A DNA stretch of 64,000 nucleotides from Alphaproteobacteria bacterium (GCA_029250225.1 JAQWUY010000031.1:226948-290947), one strand, 5' to 3'; counted from the stretch's first letter, positions 29,256 to 39,302 are shown. Notes: generated by a model not told the origin, from the sequence alone. A program made the numbers and translations.

Positions 29256-30211
29256 TAAAAAATATTTTAAAACAAACATTTTTTTCTGGTACTCAAATAT
29301 ACATATTTTTCGTAAAAATAATGATACCAACACTAATTTTTGTAAGAATATTAGGAGATTTGGGCGGTATTGACTACTTGGCAAAAGCATTAACTCCCGT
29401 GATGGAATTTTTAAATCTTGGCGGTGAATCGGCTTTGGTTTGGGCTTCTGCTATTTTAGTAAATTTATATGCTGGTTTAAGTATATTTTCAAATATGGAA
29501 TCATTACAAAACCTTACTGTTGCCCAAGCAACAACAATTTCATTATTAGTGCTAATTGTTCATAATATATTTATGGAAATGGCCGTAGTAAGAATGGTCG
29601 GATTAAAATTACCGTTTATTACATTATTTAGATTTATATCAACAGTTTTTATAGCATTCTTATTTATTAAAACTGCTAACAATATGGGCTTTTATCAGGA
29701 ATCAGCCAAAATAATTATCGAACCGCAAAGTATAAACAGCTCTTTTGAATTATGGGCTATCAATTCATTAAAATCACTGATATTTTTATTGTTTGTGATT
29801 TATTTAATCGTATTTATTGTTGAAATTCTTAAAGCTATAAAAATAACAAATTTACTAGAAAGCACTTTATCGCCAATATTTAGACTAGCGGGAATTAGTA
29901 AAGAGGCAAGTAATATCACAGTAATAGGTTTATTATTAGGATTGGCTTACGGTGGAGCATTCTTTATAGAAGAAATAAAAAACAAAAAATTAAAAGACCG
30001 AGACATTTATTTATCAATATCATTATTATGTCTAAGTCACGCTATTATAGAAGATACACTATTAATGATTTTAATCGGTGCCGATATGTTTATATTAGTT
30101 GTGTATAGATTCTTTATTACACTGTTTATAATATGGCTATTAAGCTTAGTAGTAAATAATTGTTCTGATAGATTTTTTTATAAATATTTCTTTCACAAAA
30201 AAATAAAATAA
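29252..30211 (+). CDS. Polytopic membrane protein of the nucleoside-recognition (Gate) domain family
   Basis: Two repeats (LTPVMEFLNL...NLYAG; LSPIFRLAGI...GLAYGG) and HAIIEDT motif; GTG start overlaps the cobW stop. Confidence 0.72.
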   Translation: MIKNILKQTFFSGTQIYIFFVKIMIPTLIFVRILGDLGGIDYLAKALTPVMEFLNLGGESALVWASAILVNLYAGLSIFSNMESLQNLTVAQATTISLLVLIVHNIFMEMAVVRMVGLKLPFITLFRFISTVFIAFLFIKTANNMGFYQESAKIIIEPQSINSSFELWAINSLKSLIFLLFVIYLIVFIVEILKAIKITNLLESTLSPIFRLAGISKEASNITVIGLLLGLAYGGAFFIEEIKNKKLKDRDIYLSISLLCLSHAIIEDTLLMILIGADMFILVVYRFFITLFIIWLLSLVVNNCSDRFFYKYFFHKKIK

Positions 30212-32827
30212 TTACAATTGTTTTTTAATTTCAGAAATAGCTTCATCTACTTTACTAGCATCGCTACCGCCGGCCTGTGCCATATCCGGACGGCCACCGC
30301 CACCTTTTCCGCCTAGCACTTTTGAGGCAATTTTTACTAGCTCAACAGCATTATGTTTATCAGTGTTACTTGCAACAACTATCGATACTTTTTCATCGTT
30401 TGTAGAAATCAAAACAATTACTGAATTATCAAACTGTGATTTTAAATCGTCAGCTAATCCCTTTAATTCTTTGGCCGGTAAATCAACAGTTTGCCCAATA
30501 AAGTTAGTGCCGTTGATAGATTCAGGCTCTAAATTATCTCGATTAGCATCATCACTTGCCATTTTTTTACGAAGATTAATAACTTCTTTTTCAAGTTTTT
30601 TATTACTATCAATCAAAGACTTAACTTTATTTGGTAAATTATCTGTTGTAGATTTTAATTTAACATTTAATGAATTAATAACTTTTTCTAAATCTTGAAC
30701 ATATTTATTTAATTCACTACCTGTTACGGCCTCAATTCGCCTTACCCCAGCCGATACCGCAGTTTCATTAATTATTTTAAAACCGCCAATTTCACCTGTA
30801 CTTTTACAATGTGTACCACCGCATAATTCAATTGAGTATGCTCTTTTATCAGCAGTTGCCGAACCCATACTAACAACCCTAACCTCGTCACTGTATTTTT
30901 CACCAAACAATGCTTGTGCGCCCATTTCTCGGCCTTTTTCTGGTGTCGTAAGAATAGTATCAATCGGCGTATTATCACGGATTTGTTGATTAACTATATT
31001 TTCAACCTTAATTATATCTTCTTTCGAGATTGCAGAATTGTTTGATACATCAAATCTTGTAATTTGTTCATTTTGTAATGAACCTTTTTGTGATATGTGG
31101 TCTCCTAATATTTCTCTCAGAGATTCGTGCATAAGATGTGTTACAGAATGATTAGCTTGTATTTTTTTACGACGAGCATTATCAACTATCAATTCTACTG
31201 AATCATTTACACAAACTTCTCCGTCTTTAACCTTAACATAATGTAAAAATAAATCACCCAGTGCTTTTTGTGTGTCAATAACAATTAACTTACAATTTTT
31301 ATTTTTAATAATACCTGTATCGCCAACTTGACCACCGCTTTCACCGTAAAACGGTGTCTGATTAGTTATTACAACACCTTCTTGATCTCGGCTTAAATTT
31401 TTAACTTGTTTTGAATCAACAACTATAGACTTAATAACACCTTCGGAATGTGTACTTTCATAACCTAAAAATTCAGTTGAGCCAACTTTATCTTTTACAT
31501 CAAACCAAAGTTTATCTGTCTTTGAAGCCCCTGAGCCGACCCAAGCAGAACGAGCTTTTTCTTTTTGCTCAGACATTGAAGCATCAAATTGTTTCATATC
31601 AATAGTTTTACCCTTGCTTCGTAAAATATCAGCTGTTAAATCAACAGGGAAACCGTAAGTATCATATAAATTAAAAGCAATCTTACCATCAAGAACTTTT
31701 CTTGAACCCATTTTTTCGGTTTCAGAATCTAATAATTTTAATCCCCTATCCAATGTTTCTTTAAATCTTGTTTCTTCCAACCTTAAAGTTTCAGTTATTA
31801 ATGAATTAGCATCTTTTAATTCAGTAAAATGTTGCCCCATTTCTTTTATTAAAGATGGAACTAGTTTGTACATAAGTGGGTCTTTTGCACCTAGTATATG
31901 AGCGTGTCGCATAGCACGACGCATTATGCGTCTTAGCACATAACCCCTACCTTCGTTTGATGGCAACACACCATCAGCAATTAAAAATGCCGAAGAACGA
32001 AGATGGTCAGTGATAACTTTTAACGATACATTATCCGTATCAGTGTCAACAATACCGGCGGTATAATCGATTATGTTTTTAAATGTATCAATATCGTAAT
32101 TATTATGCTTTCCTTGTAAAATAGCCGAAATTCTTTCCAATCCCATACCCGTATCAATACTAGGTTTCGGTAAATCTTTTCTTAAACCAGATTCCATTTG
32201 CTCAAATTGCATAAATACAAGATTCCATATTTCAATAAATCTATCACCGTCTTCATCAGGAGAACCAGGAACACCACCAAATATATCTTCGCCGTGGTCA
32301 TAAAATATCTCTGAACAAGGGCCACAAGGGCCAGTATCACCCATTTGCCAAAAATTATCAGAAGTGGCGATGCGGATTATTTTATCATCTTTTAATCCAG
32401 CTATTTTTTTCCAATAATTTACCGCTTCATCATCATTGTGATAAACGGTTACTAATAATTTATCTTTATCTAATGCATATTCTTTGGTTAATAAATTCCA
32501 AGCAAGCTCAATAGCATTTTCTTTGAAATAATCACCAAAAGAAAAATTGCCTAGCATTTCAAAAAATGTATGGTGACGAGCTGTGTAACCAACATTTTCT
32601 AGGTCGTTGTGTTTACCACCTGCACGAACACATTTTTGTGATGTTACAGCAGTTTTATAATCCCTAGTTTCTAGACCTGTAAATAAATCTTTAAATTGAA
32701 CCATACCCGCATTTGTAAACATAAGAGTTGGATCATTTTGTGGAACCAGCGCAGATGAATCAACTATCTGATGTTTATTTTTTGCAAAATAATCTAAAAA
32801 AGTTTTGCGAATTTGGTTAGTTTTCAT
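30212..32827 (-). CDS. alaS: Alanine-tRNA ligase
   Basis: DPTLMFTNAGM, HHTFFEMLGN, HSVTHL, ELCGGTH, GGKGGGRPDMAQAG; start set at the ATG at 32827. Confidence 0.99.
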   Translation of the reverse strand: MKTNQIRKTFLDYFAKNKHQIVDSSALVPQNDPTLMFTNAGMVQFKDLFTGLETRDYKTAVTSQKCVRAGGKHNDLENVGYTARHHTFFEMLGNFSFGDYFKENAIELAWNLLTKEYALDKDKLLVTVYHNDDEAVNYWKKIAGLKDDKIIRIATSDNFWQMGDTGPCGPCSEIFYDHGEDIFGGVPGSPDEDGDRFIEIWNLVFMQFEQMESGLRKDLPKPSIDTGMGLERISAILQGKHNNYDIDTFKNIIDYTAGIVDTDTDNVSLKVITDHLRSSAFLIADGVLPSNEGRGYVLRRIMRRAMRHAHILGAKDPLMYKLVPSLIKEMGQHFTELKDANSLITETLRLEETRFKETLDRGLKLLDSETEKMGSRKVLDGKIAFNLYDTYGFPVDLTADILRSKGKTIDMKQFDASMSEQKEKARSAWVGSGASKTDKLWFDVKDKVGSTEFLGYESTHSEGVIKSIVVDSKQVKNLSRDQEGVVITNQTPFYGESGGQVGDTGIIKNKNCKLIVIDTQKALGDLFLHYVKVKDGEVCVNDSVELIVDNARRKKIQANHSVTHLMHESLREILGDHISQKGSLQNEQITRFDVSNNSAISKEDIIKVENIVNQQIRDNTPIDTILTTPEKGREMGAQALFGEKYSDEVRVVSMGSATADKRAYSIELCGGTHCKSTGEIGGFKIINETAVSAGVRRIEAVTGSELNKYVQDLEKVINSLNVKLKSTTDNLPNKVKSLIDSNKKLEKEVINLRKKMASDDANRDNLEPESINGTNFIGQTVDLPAKELKGLADDLKSQFDNSVIVLISTNDEKVSIVVASNTDKHNAVELVKIASKVLGGKGGGGRPDMAQAGGSDASKVDEAISEIKKQL

Positions 32828-32979
32828 AATTTGCCTTTCAATTTTAAGATAAAATAGCAATTTACAGGCTATTTTTCAATATAAAATGATAAAATATTTT
32901 GATTATCTTTTTTATATTATATTTAAAAATATATCAGAAATTTCTTGTTAATACTGCAATAAATATTATTCTAATAAAT

Positions 32980-33009
32980 AAAAAAAGTGCGGAATAAACC
33001 GCACCTTTT
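32980..33009 (-). terminator. Intrinsic terminator after recA
   Basis: GTGCGG/CCGCAC stem followed by a U-run on the minus strand. Confidence 0.8.
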
Positions 33010-33032
33010 ATAAAACTTATTTTTTTATATGC

Positions 33033-34142
33033 TTATCCAGCGATAGTGTCATCTTCCGGATTAAGCTTAGAATCATTTAATTCCGCCTTAGAGACCTCAT
33101 CTAGCATTACACCTTGTAACAATCCAGATTCAGTACGAATTTTATTTTCAATTTCTTGACAAAGTTCAATTTTTTCTTTTAATAAAATACGGACTTTTTC
33201 CTTACCTTGTCCCAACTTCTCACCATTGTAAGAATACCAAGAACCCGATTTTTCAACAATACCAGCATTTACACCTAAGTCTATAATTTCACCCTCTTTC
33301 GAAACTCCTTCACCATATAAGATGTCGAATTCAACAGTTCTAAAAGGAGGTGCGACTTTATTTTTTACAACTTTTACTCTGGTTTGGTTACCAATTACAT
33401 TATCTTTTTCTTTCAATTGTCCAATACGACGAATATCAAGACGAACAGATGAATAGAATTTTAATGCATTACCGCCTGTTGTTGTTTCTGGCGAACCAAA
33501 CATAACACCAATTTTCATACGAATCTGATTAATAAATATAACAGTACAACCAGTTCTTGAAATTGAACCCGTAAGTTTTCTTAGTGCTTGTGACATAAGG
33601 CGAGCTTGTAAACCAATATGAGAATCACCCATATCACCTTCCAATTCAGCTTTTGGAGTCAACGCAGCCACACTATCAACTACAACAATATCAACAGCTC
33701 CGGAGCGAACCAATGTGTCTGTAATTTCTAGGGCTTGTTCACCAGCATCAGGCTGTGATATTAACAAAGCATCATTATCAACACCTAATTTTTTAGAATA
33801 GATAGGATCAAGCGCGTGTTCCGCATCGATAAATGCAGCCGTTCCGCCTACTTTTTGACATTCAGCAACACATTGTAAAGCTAGTGTTGTTTTACCTGAT
33901 GATTCAGGGCCGTAAATTTCAATTATTCTTCCCTTAGGAATTCCACCTATACCAAGGGCAATATCCAAAGATAATGAACCTGTCGAGATCTCTTCTATGT
34001 CAAGGCTATGTTCTGCACCTAAACGCATTATTGAACCTTTACCATAAGAGCGTTCAATTTGTCCTAGTGCTGCTTCTAATGCTTTTGTTTTATCATTGCT
34101 CATTTTTTTGCCTTCCACAATCTTTAATACATCATTAATCAT
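33033..34142 (-). CDS. recA: Recombinase A
   Basis: [34 protein letters not shown]; alpha-type N-terminal extension after a GGAG SD. Confidence 0.99.
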   Translation of the reverse strand: MINDVLKIVEGKKMSNDKTKALEAALGQIERSYGKGSIMRLGAEHSLDIEEISTGSLSLDIALGIGGIPKGRIIEIYGPESSGKTTLALQCVAECQKVGGTAAFIDAEHALDPIYSKKLGVDNDALLISQPDAGEQALEITDTLVRSGAVDIVVVDSVAALTPKAELEGDMGDSHIGLQARLMSQALRKLTGSISRTGCTVIFINQIRMKIGVMFGSPETTTGGNALKFYSSVRLDIRRIGQLKEKDNVIGNQTRVKVVKNKVAPPFRTVEFDILYGEGVSKEGEIIDLGVNAGIVEKSGSWYSYNGEKLGQGKEKVRILLKEKIELCQEIENKIRTESGLLQGVMLDEVSKAELNDSKLNPEDDTIAG

Positions 34143-34240
34143 TTTACAGCTCCTTTATATCATAATAAAAAAAACAATCAAAATATATTTATATTCGTAT
34201 TTTGTTCTTTTAGTATGTACTACTTTTTTTTCTATGTAAA

Positions 34241-34255
34241 GTTCTTTTTTTGTTC
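34241..34255. promoter_or_regulatory. Alphaproteobacterial LexA (SOS) box upstream of recA
   Basis: Perfect GTTC-N7-GTTC (GTTCTTTTTTTGTTC); a second one-mismatch box ATTC-N7-GTTC lies at 34193-34207. Confidence 0.8.
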
Positions 34256-34311
34256 TTTTTTGTTTTTAATAAAAAAATATATATAAATCAATATTTTAGA
34301 AGTAAAATAAA

Positions 34312-35007
34312 TTATATTGTTTTATAGAATTTAATTGTTTTATAAAGATTTTGTTTAATTATTTTTTGAGATTTCAATCTTTCATCATCGACACCCCAAA
34401 CTTGATTCTGATATGATTCATCTATGTGTGATTTTTCCCAAGCACTATCAAAATCTAGTTTATCAGAAAGAACACCCCAAGATAATACAAAAGACCCCAA
34501 GTTTCCAACCAAGTCGGCAAGTGCTGTTAATTGGTAATCACAACACTTATCGCATATTTTATTAGCTGACTTATATACTTGAATATCTTGATTAACAGGC
34601 ATAATAGAATCGGTTGTAACAAGTGGCATATTTAATTCTTTTCTTGCCCATTCAAGTTCACTATCCCAGCTATCTGATTGCATTTTTTGCAATGTTTTTG
34701 TTTCATTGTTACGATAACAAATTAAATCGTTCATAGCATATGAACAAATGTTTTCAACAATTTCATTACGATTAGGTATAATTTTATCAATAGTAGTAGA
34801 GGCTAGATTAGTATAATTCATATCCTGTGGATTAATATTTTCATTTTCAGCAATATCATTCCATTCATTAACTATTAAATCGGCTGTTTTTTTACTGCTT
34901 AGGCGAAGAATATTTCCAGCGGGAGTTTTTATTTGTTTGCCGTCTAATAAAATTACATAGTCTCGTTTATCTTTACCAACGGATACTGTTTTATAGAATC
35001 TTTTCAT
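34312..35007 (-). CDS. ATP12-family F1-ATPase assembly chaperone
   Basis: MKRFYK, LLDGKQIKTP, DLICYR, IDESYQNQVWGVD. Confidence 0.92.
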   Translation of the reverse strand: MKRFYKTVSVGKDKRDYVILLDGKQIKTPAGNILRLSSKKTADLIVNEWNDIAENENINPQDMNYTNLASTTIDKIIPNRNEIVENICSYAMNDLICYRNNETKTLQKMQSDSWDSELEWARKELNMPLVTTDSIMPVNQDIQVYKSANKICDKCCDYQLTALADLVGNLGSFVLSWGVLSDKLDFDSAWEKSHIDESYQNQVWGVDDERLKSQKIIKQNLYKTIKFYKTI

Positions 35008-35010
35008 TAT

Positions 35011-35673
35011 TTAGCTTCCTAATAATGTATCAATCACCGATGGTAAATTTGAAAAATCATCTACTATTTCATTAGCCCCTGCCTTAACAAGTTCACCTAC
35101 ACTGTGATAACCAAAAGATACGCCGATAGATTTAACACCTGCATTTTTTGCAGTTAAAATATCGTGTGTTGTATCACCAATCATAACTACACTTTCTTTT
35201 TCAACTCCGAGTTCGGCAATTAATTCATTCATAGTTTGTGGATTTGGTTTGCCGGGCCCGCAATCAGAAGTCTTTGTTGCAATAAAATATTCACCGATAT
35301 TTTTATTTTTAAAAGTATTTTGCAATCCTAGATTACCCTTTCCTGTTAAAACAGCTAGGTAAGATTTATCATCATTAAGAACATTTAATGTTTCAACAAC
35401 ATTTGGGAATAATTCTTCTTCTATTTTTGCTTGTTCATTAAGATTAACAAACGCAGAGTAAAACTCTTTTTCAAGTTTTCCATAATCATTTTCGTTTAAA
35501 TCTGGTTCTAAAACTCTTACAGAATCTTGTATTGTTAGTCCTATTACCTGCAATACCGAAGATAACTTAGGTGGATTTAATCCGAAACTTTCCCAAGCGG
35601 TAACAATAGCATTCATTATTGATTTTTGACTGTCGACTAATGTACCATCGCAATCAAATATTATTAATCGCAT
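35011..35673 (-). CDS. HAD-IA family hydrolase (phosphoglycolate phosphatase-like)
   Basis: FDCDGTLVDS, KPNP, MIGDTTHD. Confidence 0.9.
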   Translation of the reverse strand: MRLIIFDCDGTLVDSQKSIMNAIVTAWESFGLNPPKLSSVLQVIGLTIQDSVRVLEPDLNENDYGKLEKEFYSAFVNLNEQAKIEEELFPNVVETLNVLNDDKSYLAVLTGKGNLGLQNTFKNKNIGEYFIATKTSDCGPGKPNPQTMNELIAELGVEKESVVMIGDTTHDILTAKNAGVKSIGVSFGYHSVGELVKAGANEIVDDFSNLPSVIDTLLGS

Positions 35674-35675
35674 TA

Positions 35676-36626
35676 TTATAAATCCTTAAAAACTTCATCA
35701 AAATATTTTTGTTGCACAACATTAAACATTTTAAATGTTTCAAGCATATGACCTGAAATATCAGCAACAATATTGATTTTACCCATATCAATTAAACGAG
35801 CATGTAAATGCATTTTTTTTGTATGAGCTTCATTTGATATAAATGATTTTTTGCCCCCATACTTACCATCACCCAAAATTGGGGTGCCCATATATTCCAT
35901 ATGCGCTCTTAATTGATGAGTACGACCTGTTAAAGGATATAAAGCTACCAATGTTAATACTCCACCCATTCGTTGTAAAACTTCGAATTCGGTAATAGCA
36001 TTTTTACCTTCTTCGTCAGGTATCATTTTTTCTTGTCCTGAAATATTTTTCTTTAACAATGGGACTTGTATTGTGCCTTTATCCATTTCCGGTTCACCAA
36101 CAACAACCGCCCAATAAACTTTACGAATTTTCTTATGTTTAAATAAACCGGTTAATTCTGTTGCTGTTTGGCGATTGCGTGCCAATATTAAAACACCTGA
36201 TGTATCCTTGTCAATTCTATGCACCAAGCGGGGTTTATCCTGATTATCACGATGCAAATATCTAGTTAGGTGATCAATGTGTTTTGTTGTATTTGTTCCA
36301 CCTTGAACAGCAATTCCTGATGGTTTATTAATTGCGATAATATCATCATCTTTATAAATAACCATATTTTTTATAAGTTCGGCATCGTTTGGATTATAAA
36401 CTTTGTTTTGACTGAAATCTGTTTTTTTATCAAGTGGTGGTATGCGAATAACCATACCCTCTGATATTCTTTCATTTCCTTTTATGCGTTTTCCATTAAT
36501 ACGAATCTCACCTTTACGGCATTTTTTCTGAACCTGAGTAAAATTTAAATCGTAATACTTTTGAAACCATCTGTCCAATCGCATATCAGAATCAGATTTT
36601 TTTACCGTGACTTGTTCAACACCCAT
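35676..36626 (-). CDS. rluC: RluA/RluC family pseudouridine synthase
   Basis: N-terminal S4 domain, NKPSG, HRIDKDTSG, TGRTHQLR. Confidence 0.88.
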   Translation of the reverse strand: MGVEQVTVKKSDSDMRLDRWFQKYYDLNFTQVQKKCRKGEIRINGKRIKGNERISEGMVIRIPPLDKKTDFSQNKVYNPNDAELIKNMVIYKDDDIIAINKPSGIAVQGGTNTTKHIDHLTRYLHRDNQDKPRLVHRIDKDTSGVLILARNRQTATELTGLFKHKKIRKVYWAVVVGEPEMDKGTIQVPLLKKNISGQEKMIPDEEGKNAITEFEVLQRMGGVLTLVALYPLTGRTHQLRAHMEYMGTPILGDGKYGGKKSFISNEAHTKKMHLHARLIDMGKINIVADISGHMLETFKMFNVVQQKYFDEVFKDL

Positions 36627-37006
36627 TATAGAAATACCTTTATAATATTCAAACCTATATAAAGTGCAATAATTGATAAAACAACAGAAACGAATACATA
36701 TGTGAATGCCATAATGTATTGTGCTTTATTTAGCATTAAAACTGTTTCCATTGCAAATGTTGAAAATGTTGTGAATGAGCTAAGAAAGCCCGTTACTATT
36801 AAGAATCTCATTTCTAATGAAATATCGATTATTATTACACTCAATTCAATAAACAAACCTACTAAAAACGAACCTATAATATTACAAGCCAATATTCCCC
36901 AAGAAAAGCCAAATATTGTTAAAGGTGCAAAAAATATAGATACATAGTGACGCAAAACTGCGCCAAATACTGCACCGGTACCAATTAATAATATATTATT
37001 TAACAT
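36626..37006 (-). CDS. crcB: Fluoride channel Fluc/CrcB
   Basis: 126 aa, four TM segments, GAVLRH and GFLSSFTTFSTF. Confidence 0.92.
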   Translation of the reverse strand: MLNNILLIGTGAVFGAVLRHYVSIFFAPLTIFGFSWGILACNIIGSFLVGLFIELSVIIIDISLEMRFLIVTGFLSSFTTFSTFAMETVLMLNKAQYIMAFTYVFVSVVLSIIALYIGLNIIKVFL

Positions 37007-37111
37007 AAAATATACAATATGTGAAAATGCAAGTATTGTAAACCTTTACTTTTATAAAATATGAAAAATATTGTAGCTTTTAAATAAGTCAATTTTTAAA
37101 AAATATTTGTA

Positions 37112-38404
37112 TTATTTTTTATTTCTTATTCTTCTTAACTCTTCATAATAGTCATATCTTTTTTTAATTTCTTTTTCAAATCCCTTATCACCGACTGTAT
37201 ACAATTCTAGCCTACCTAATTCCTCTGGAAAAAAGTTTTGTCCGCTAAAACCATCTGGGTGATTATGGTCATATTGATAATCTTTGCCATACCCCATATT
37301 TTCCATCATTTTAGTTGGAGCATTTAAAATATTTTTAGGTGGTGAATAATTAGCCTGTTCACGACCAGCTTTAAGCATTGCCTTGGTTGCCTTATCAATA
37401 GCATTCGATTTTGGAGCAGTTGCAAGATATACACAAGCTTGAACTAATGCCCTTTCGCCTTCGGGTGAACCAAGTCGCTTAAATGTATCCCAAGCCCATA
37501 TTGCTTGTTGCGATGCCATAGGGTCTGCTAAGCCAATATCTTCGTAAGCAATGCACAACATACGACGAGCTATTGATAATGGATCTTCGCCCCCTGCTAG
37601 CATTCTTCCCATCCAATAAAGTGAAGCTTGCACATCAGAGCCACGCATTGATTTGTGAAAAGCCGACAACATATTATAATGACTATCGCCTGATTTGTCA
37701 TAAACCGGCATACGACGCTGAACAATGTTTAATAATTGCTCACTGTTCATTTGTTTATCTATATTAATCCCCATTAACATATCAACCATATTTAAAAAAT
37801 ACCTACCGTCACCGTCTGATATTTCACATAATTTTTTTCTTGCATCTTCATCTAAGGGAACTGTTTTTTTCATTAGATTTTCTGCTCTTAGTAATAATTT
37901 TTCCATATCAACAGGTGTTAGTTTATTTAAGGTGAAAACTTGTGTTCTACTAAGTAATGCCGAGTTTAATTCAAATGATGGGTTTTGTGTGGTTGCACCT
38001 ATTAAAATTACTGTTCCATTTTCTACATAAGGTAAAAAGCTATCTTGCTGTGCTTTATTAAAACGATGTATTTCATCAACAAACAAAATTGTTTGCTTTC
38101 CCATTTCAATATTTTGAATAGCTTTATCAAATATTTTTCGTAAATCTGACACTCCCGAAAAAACCGCAGATACAGTTTCAAAAGGACAATTTGCATTTTC
38201 CGCAATAAGTCTAGCAATTGTCGTCTTGCCACAACCAGGTGTACCCCAAAGAATAATTGATGGTATTTTTTCATTATTAATAGCGTGAAACAATGCCCCA
38301 TTATCAGACAATAAATTTTCTTGCCCAACAACATCATCAAGCTTCTTGGGTCTTAACCTTTCAGCAAGTGGCATATTATTGATATCTTTAAATAATCCAG
38401 TCAT
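37112..38404 (-). CDS. rarA: Replication-associated recombination protein A (MgsA/RarA)
   Basis: PLAERLRP, GTPGCGKTT, DEIHRFNKAQQD, SAFHKSMRGSD, EDIGLADP. Confidence 0.96.
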   Translation of the reverse strand: MTGLFKDINNMPLAERLRPKKLDDVVGQENLLSDNGALFHAINNEKIPSIILWGTPGCGKTTIARLIAENANCPFETVSAVFSGVSDLRKIFDKAIQNIEMGKQTILFVDEIHRFNKAQQDSFLPYVENGTVILIGATTQNPSFELNSALLSRTQVFTLNKLTPVDMEKLLLRAENLMKKTVPLDEDARKKLCEISDGDGRYFLNMVDMLMGINIDKQMNSEQLLNIVQRRMPVYDKSGDSHYNMLSAFHKSMRGSDVQASLYWMGRMLAGGEDPLSIARRMLCIAYEDIGLADPMASQQAIWAWDTFKRLGSPEGERALVQACVYLATAPKSNAIDKATKAMLKAGREQANYSPPKNILNAPTKMMENMGYGKDYQYDHNHPDGFSGQNFFPEELGRLELYTVGDKGFEKEIKKRYDYYEELRRIRNKK

Positions 38405-38456
38405 AAAAACACTATATACTATTCATTAATTTATTAAAATATTTTATTCAAGAATC

Positions 38457-38503
38457 AAAAAAGCCAATGGCTAATTTTCAATATGAAATTATTACCATTG
38501 GCT
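38457..38503 (-). terminator. Intrinsic terminator after rplQ
   Basis: AGCCAATGG/CCATTGGCT extended stem followed by a U-run on the minus strand. Confidence 0.78.
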
Positions 38504-38526
38504 ATTTTAAAAACTAAATACTATAT

Positions 38527-39078
38527 TTAGTCTGATTTCTTAGCAGAAGCCTTTTTAGTAGTTTTCTTAGCAGAAGACTTTTTAGTAGTTTTCTTAGTTT
38601 CTTTTGCTTCAACCTTAGTTTTCTCACCTTTTGGTGTTTCAACTTCTACAACAGGTTTTTCTGCATCTTCAAAATTTTCTTTTACCTGAACTGGCCCGCT
38701 GTCTTTACCTTTTGCTTTGATATCTCTTTCAACAAGTTCAATAACAGCAACAGGTGCCATATCACCTTTACGGAAACCAGCTTTTAAAACACGGCTATAT
38801 CCGCCATTACGGCTTTCATATCTTTTTGCCAATGTATCAAATAACTTAGCAACCATAGCTTCATCTCTTAATTGTGCAAAAGCTTGACGACGGTGTGGAA
38901 TAGTTCCTTTTTTACCTAATGTGATAAGCTTATCAATTACAGATTTTAATTCTTTAGCTTTTGGTAAAGTTGTAATAATTTGTTCGTGTTTTATTAACGC
39001 ATTAGCCATATTCATAAATAAAGCTTTTCTGTGCGATGCCGTTCTGTTTAATTTACGACGCTTAAATCCGTGACGCAT
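38527..39078 (-). CDS. rplQ: 50S ribosomal protein L17 with Lys-rich tail
   Basis: MRHG...[26 protein letters not shown]. Confidence 0.98.
   Translation of the reverse strand: MRHGFKRRKLNRTASHRKALFMNMANALIKHEQIITTLPKAKELKSVIDKLITLGKKGTIPHRRQAFAQLRDEAMVAKLFDTLAKRYESRNGGYSRVLKAGFRKGDMAPVAVIELVERDIKAKGKDSGPVQVKENFEDAEKPVVEVETPKGEKTKVEAKETKKTTKKSSAKKTTKKASAKKSD
38537..38597. repeat. 27-bp in-frame tandem repeat (about 2.3 copies) in the rplQ tail
   Basis: TTCTTAGCAGAAG(C/A)CTTTTTAGTAGTT twice; encodes KKTTKK(S/A)SA. Confidence 0.85.
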
Positions 39079-39110
39079 ATTTTTTTCCTTCTTTTAATTA
39101 TGTTCAATTT

Positions 39111-39214
39111 TACCTAATACCGCTCGGGGCTTAACCTTGTTGCTAGTATAGGCGGGGTTTTCAACATTTTTACAAATGTATGGGGTTTATATTATATTTT
39201 AGAATTTATGTCAA
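39111..39214 (-). promoter_or_regulatory. Dedicated rplQ promoter and structured leader (candidate L17 r-leader)
   Basis: TTGACA (39214-39209) N17 TATAAA; GC-rich leader in which GCCUAUACU pairs with GGUAUUAGGU and encloses a small GGUUAAGCC hairpin. Confidence 0.55.
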
Positions 39215-39240
39215 GTTAAAAGAAATTTACTTAGCCTAGA

Positions 39241-39280
39241 ATCATAAAGAGACACTAATAAATTAATGTCTCTTTATGAT
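39241..39280 (-). terminator. Long hairpin after rpoA, probable terminator
   Basis: 14-bp perfect arms ATCATAAAGAGACA/TGTCTCTTTATGAT. Confidence 0.7.
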
Positions 39281-39302
39281 TATAACCAGTTAAAGTTAAT
39301 TA

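Noticed and set aside
4758-34142. Inteins or introns in dnaB or recA
   Set aside because: Protein lengths and motif continuity are normal.
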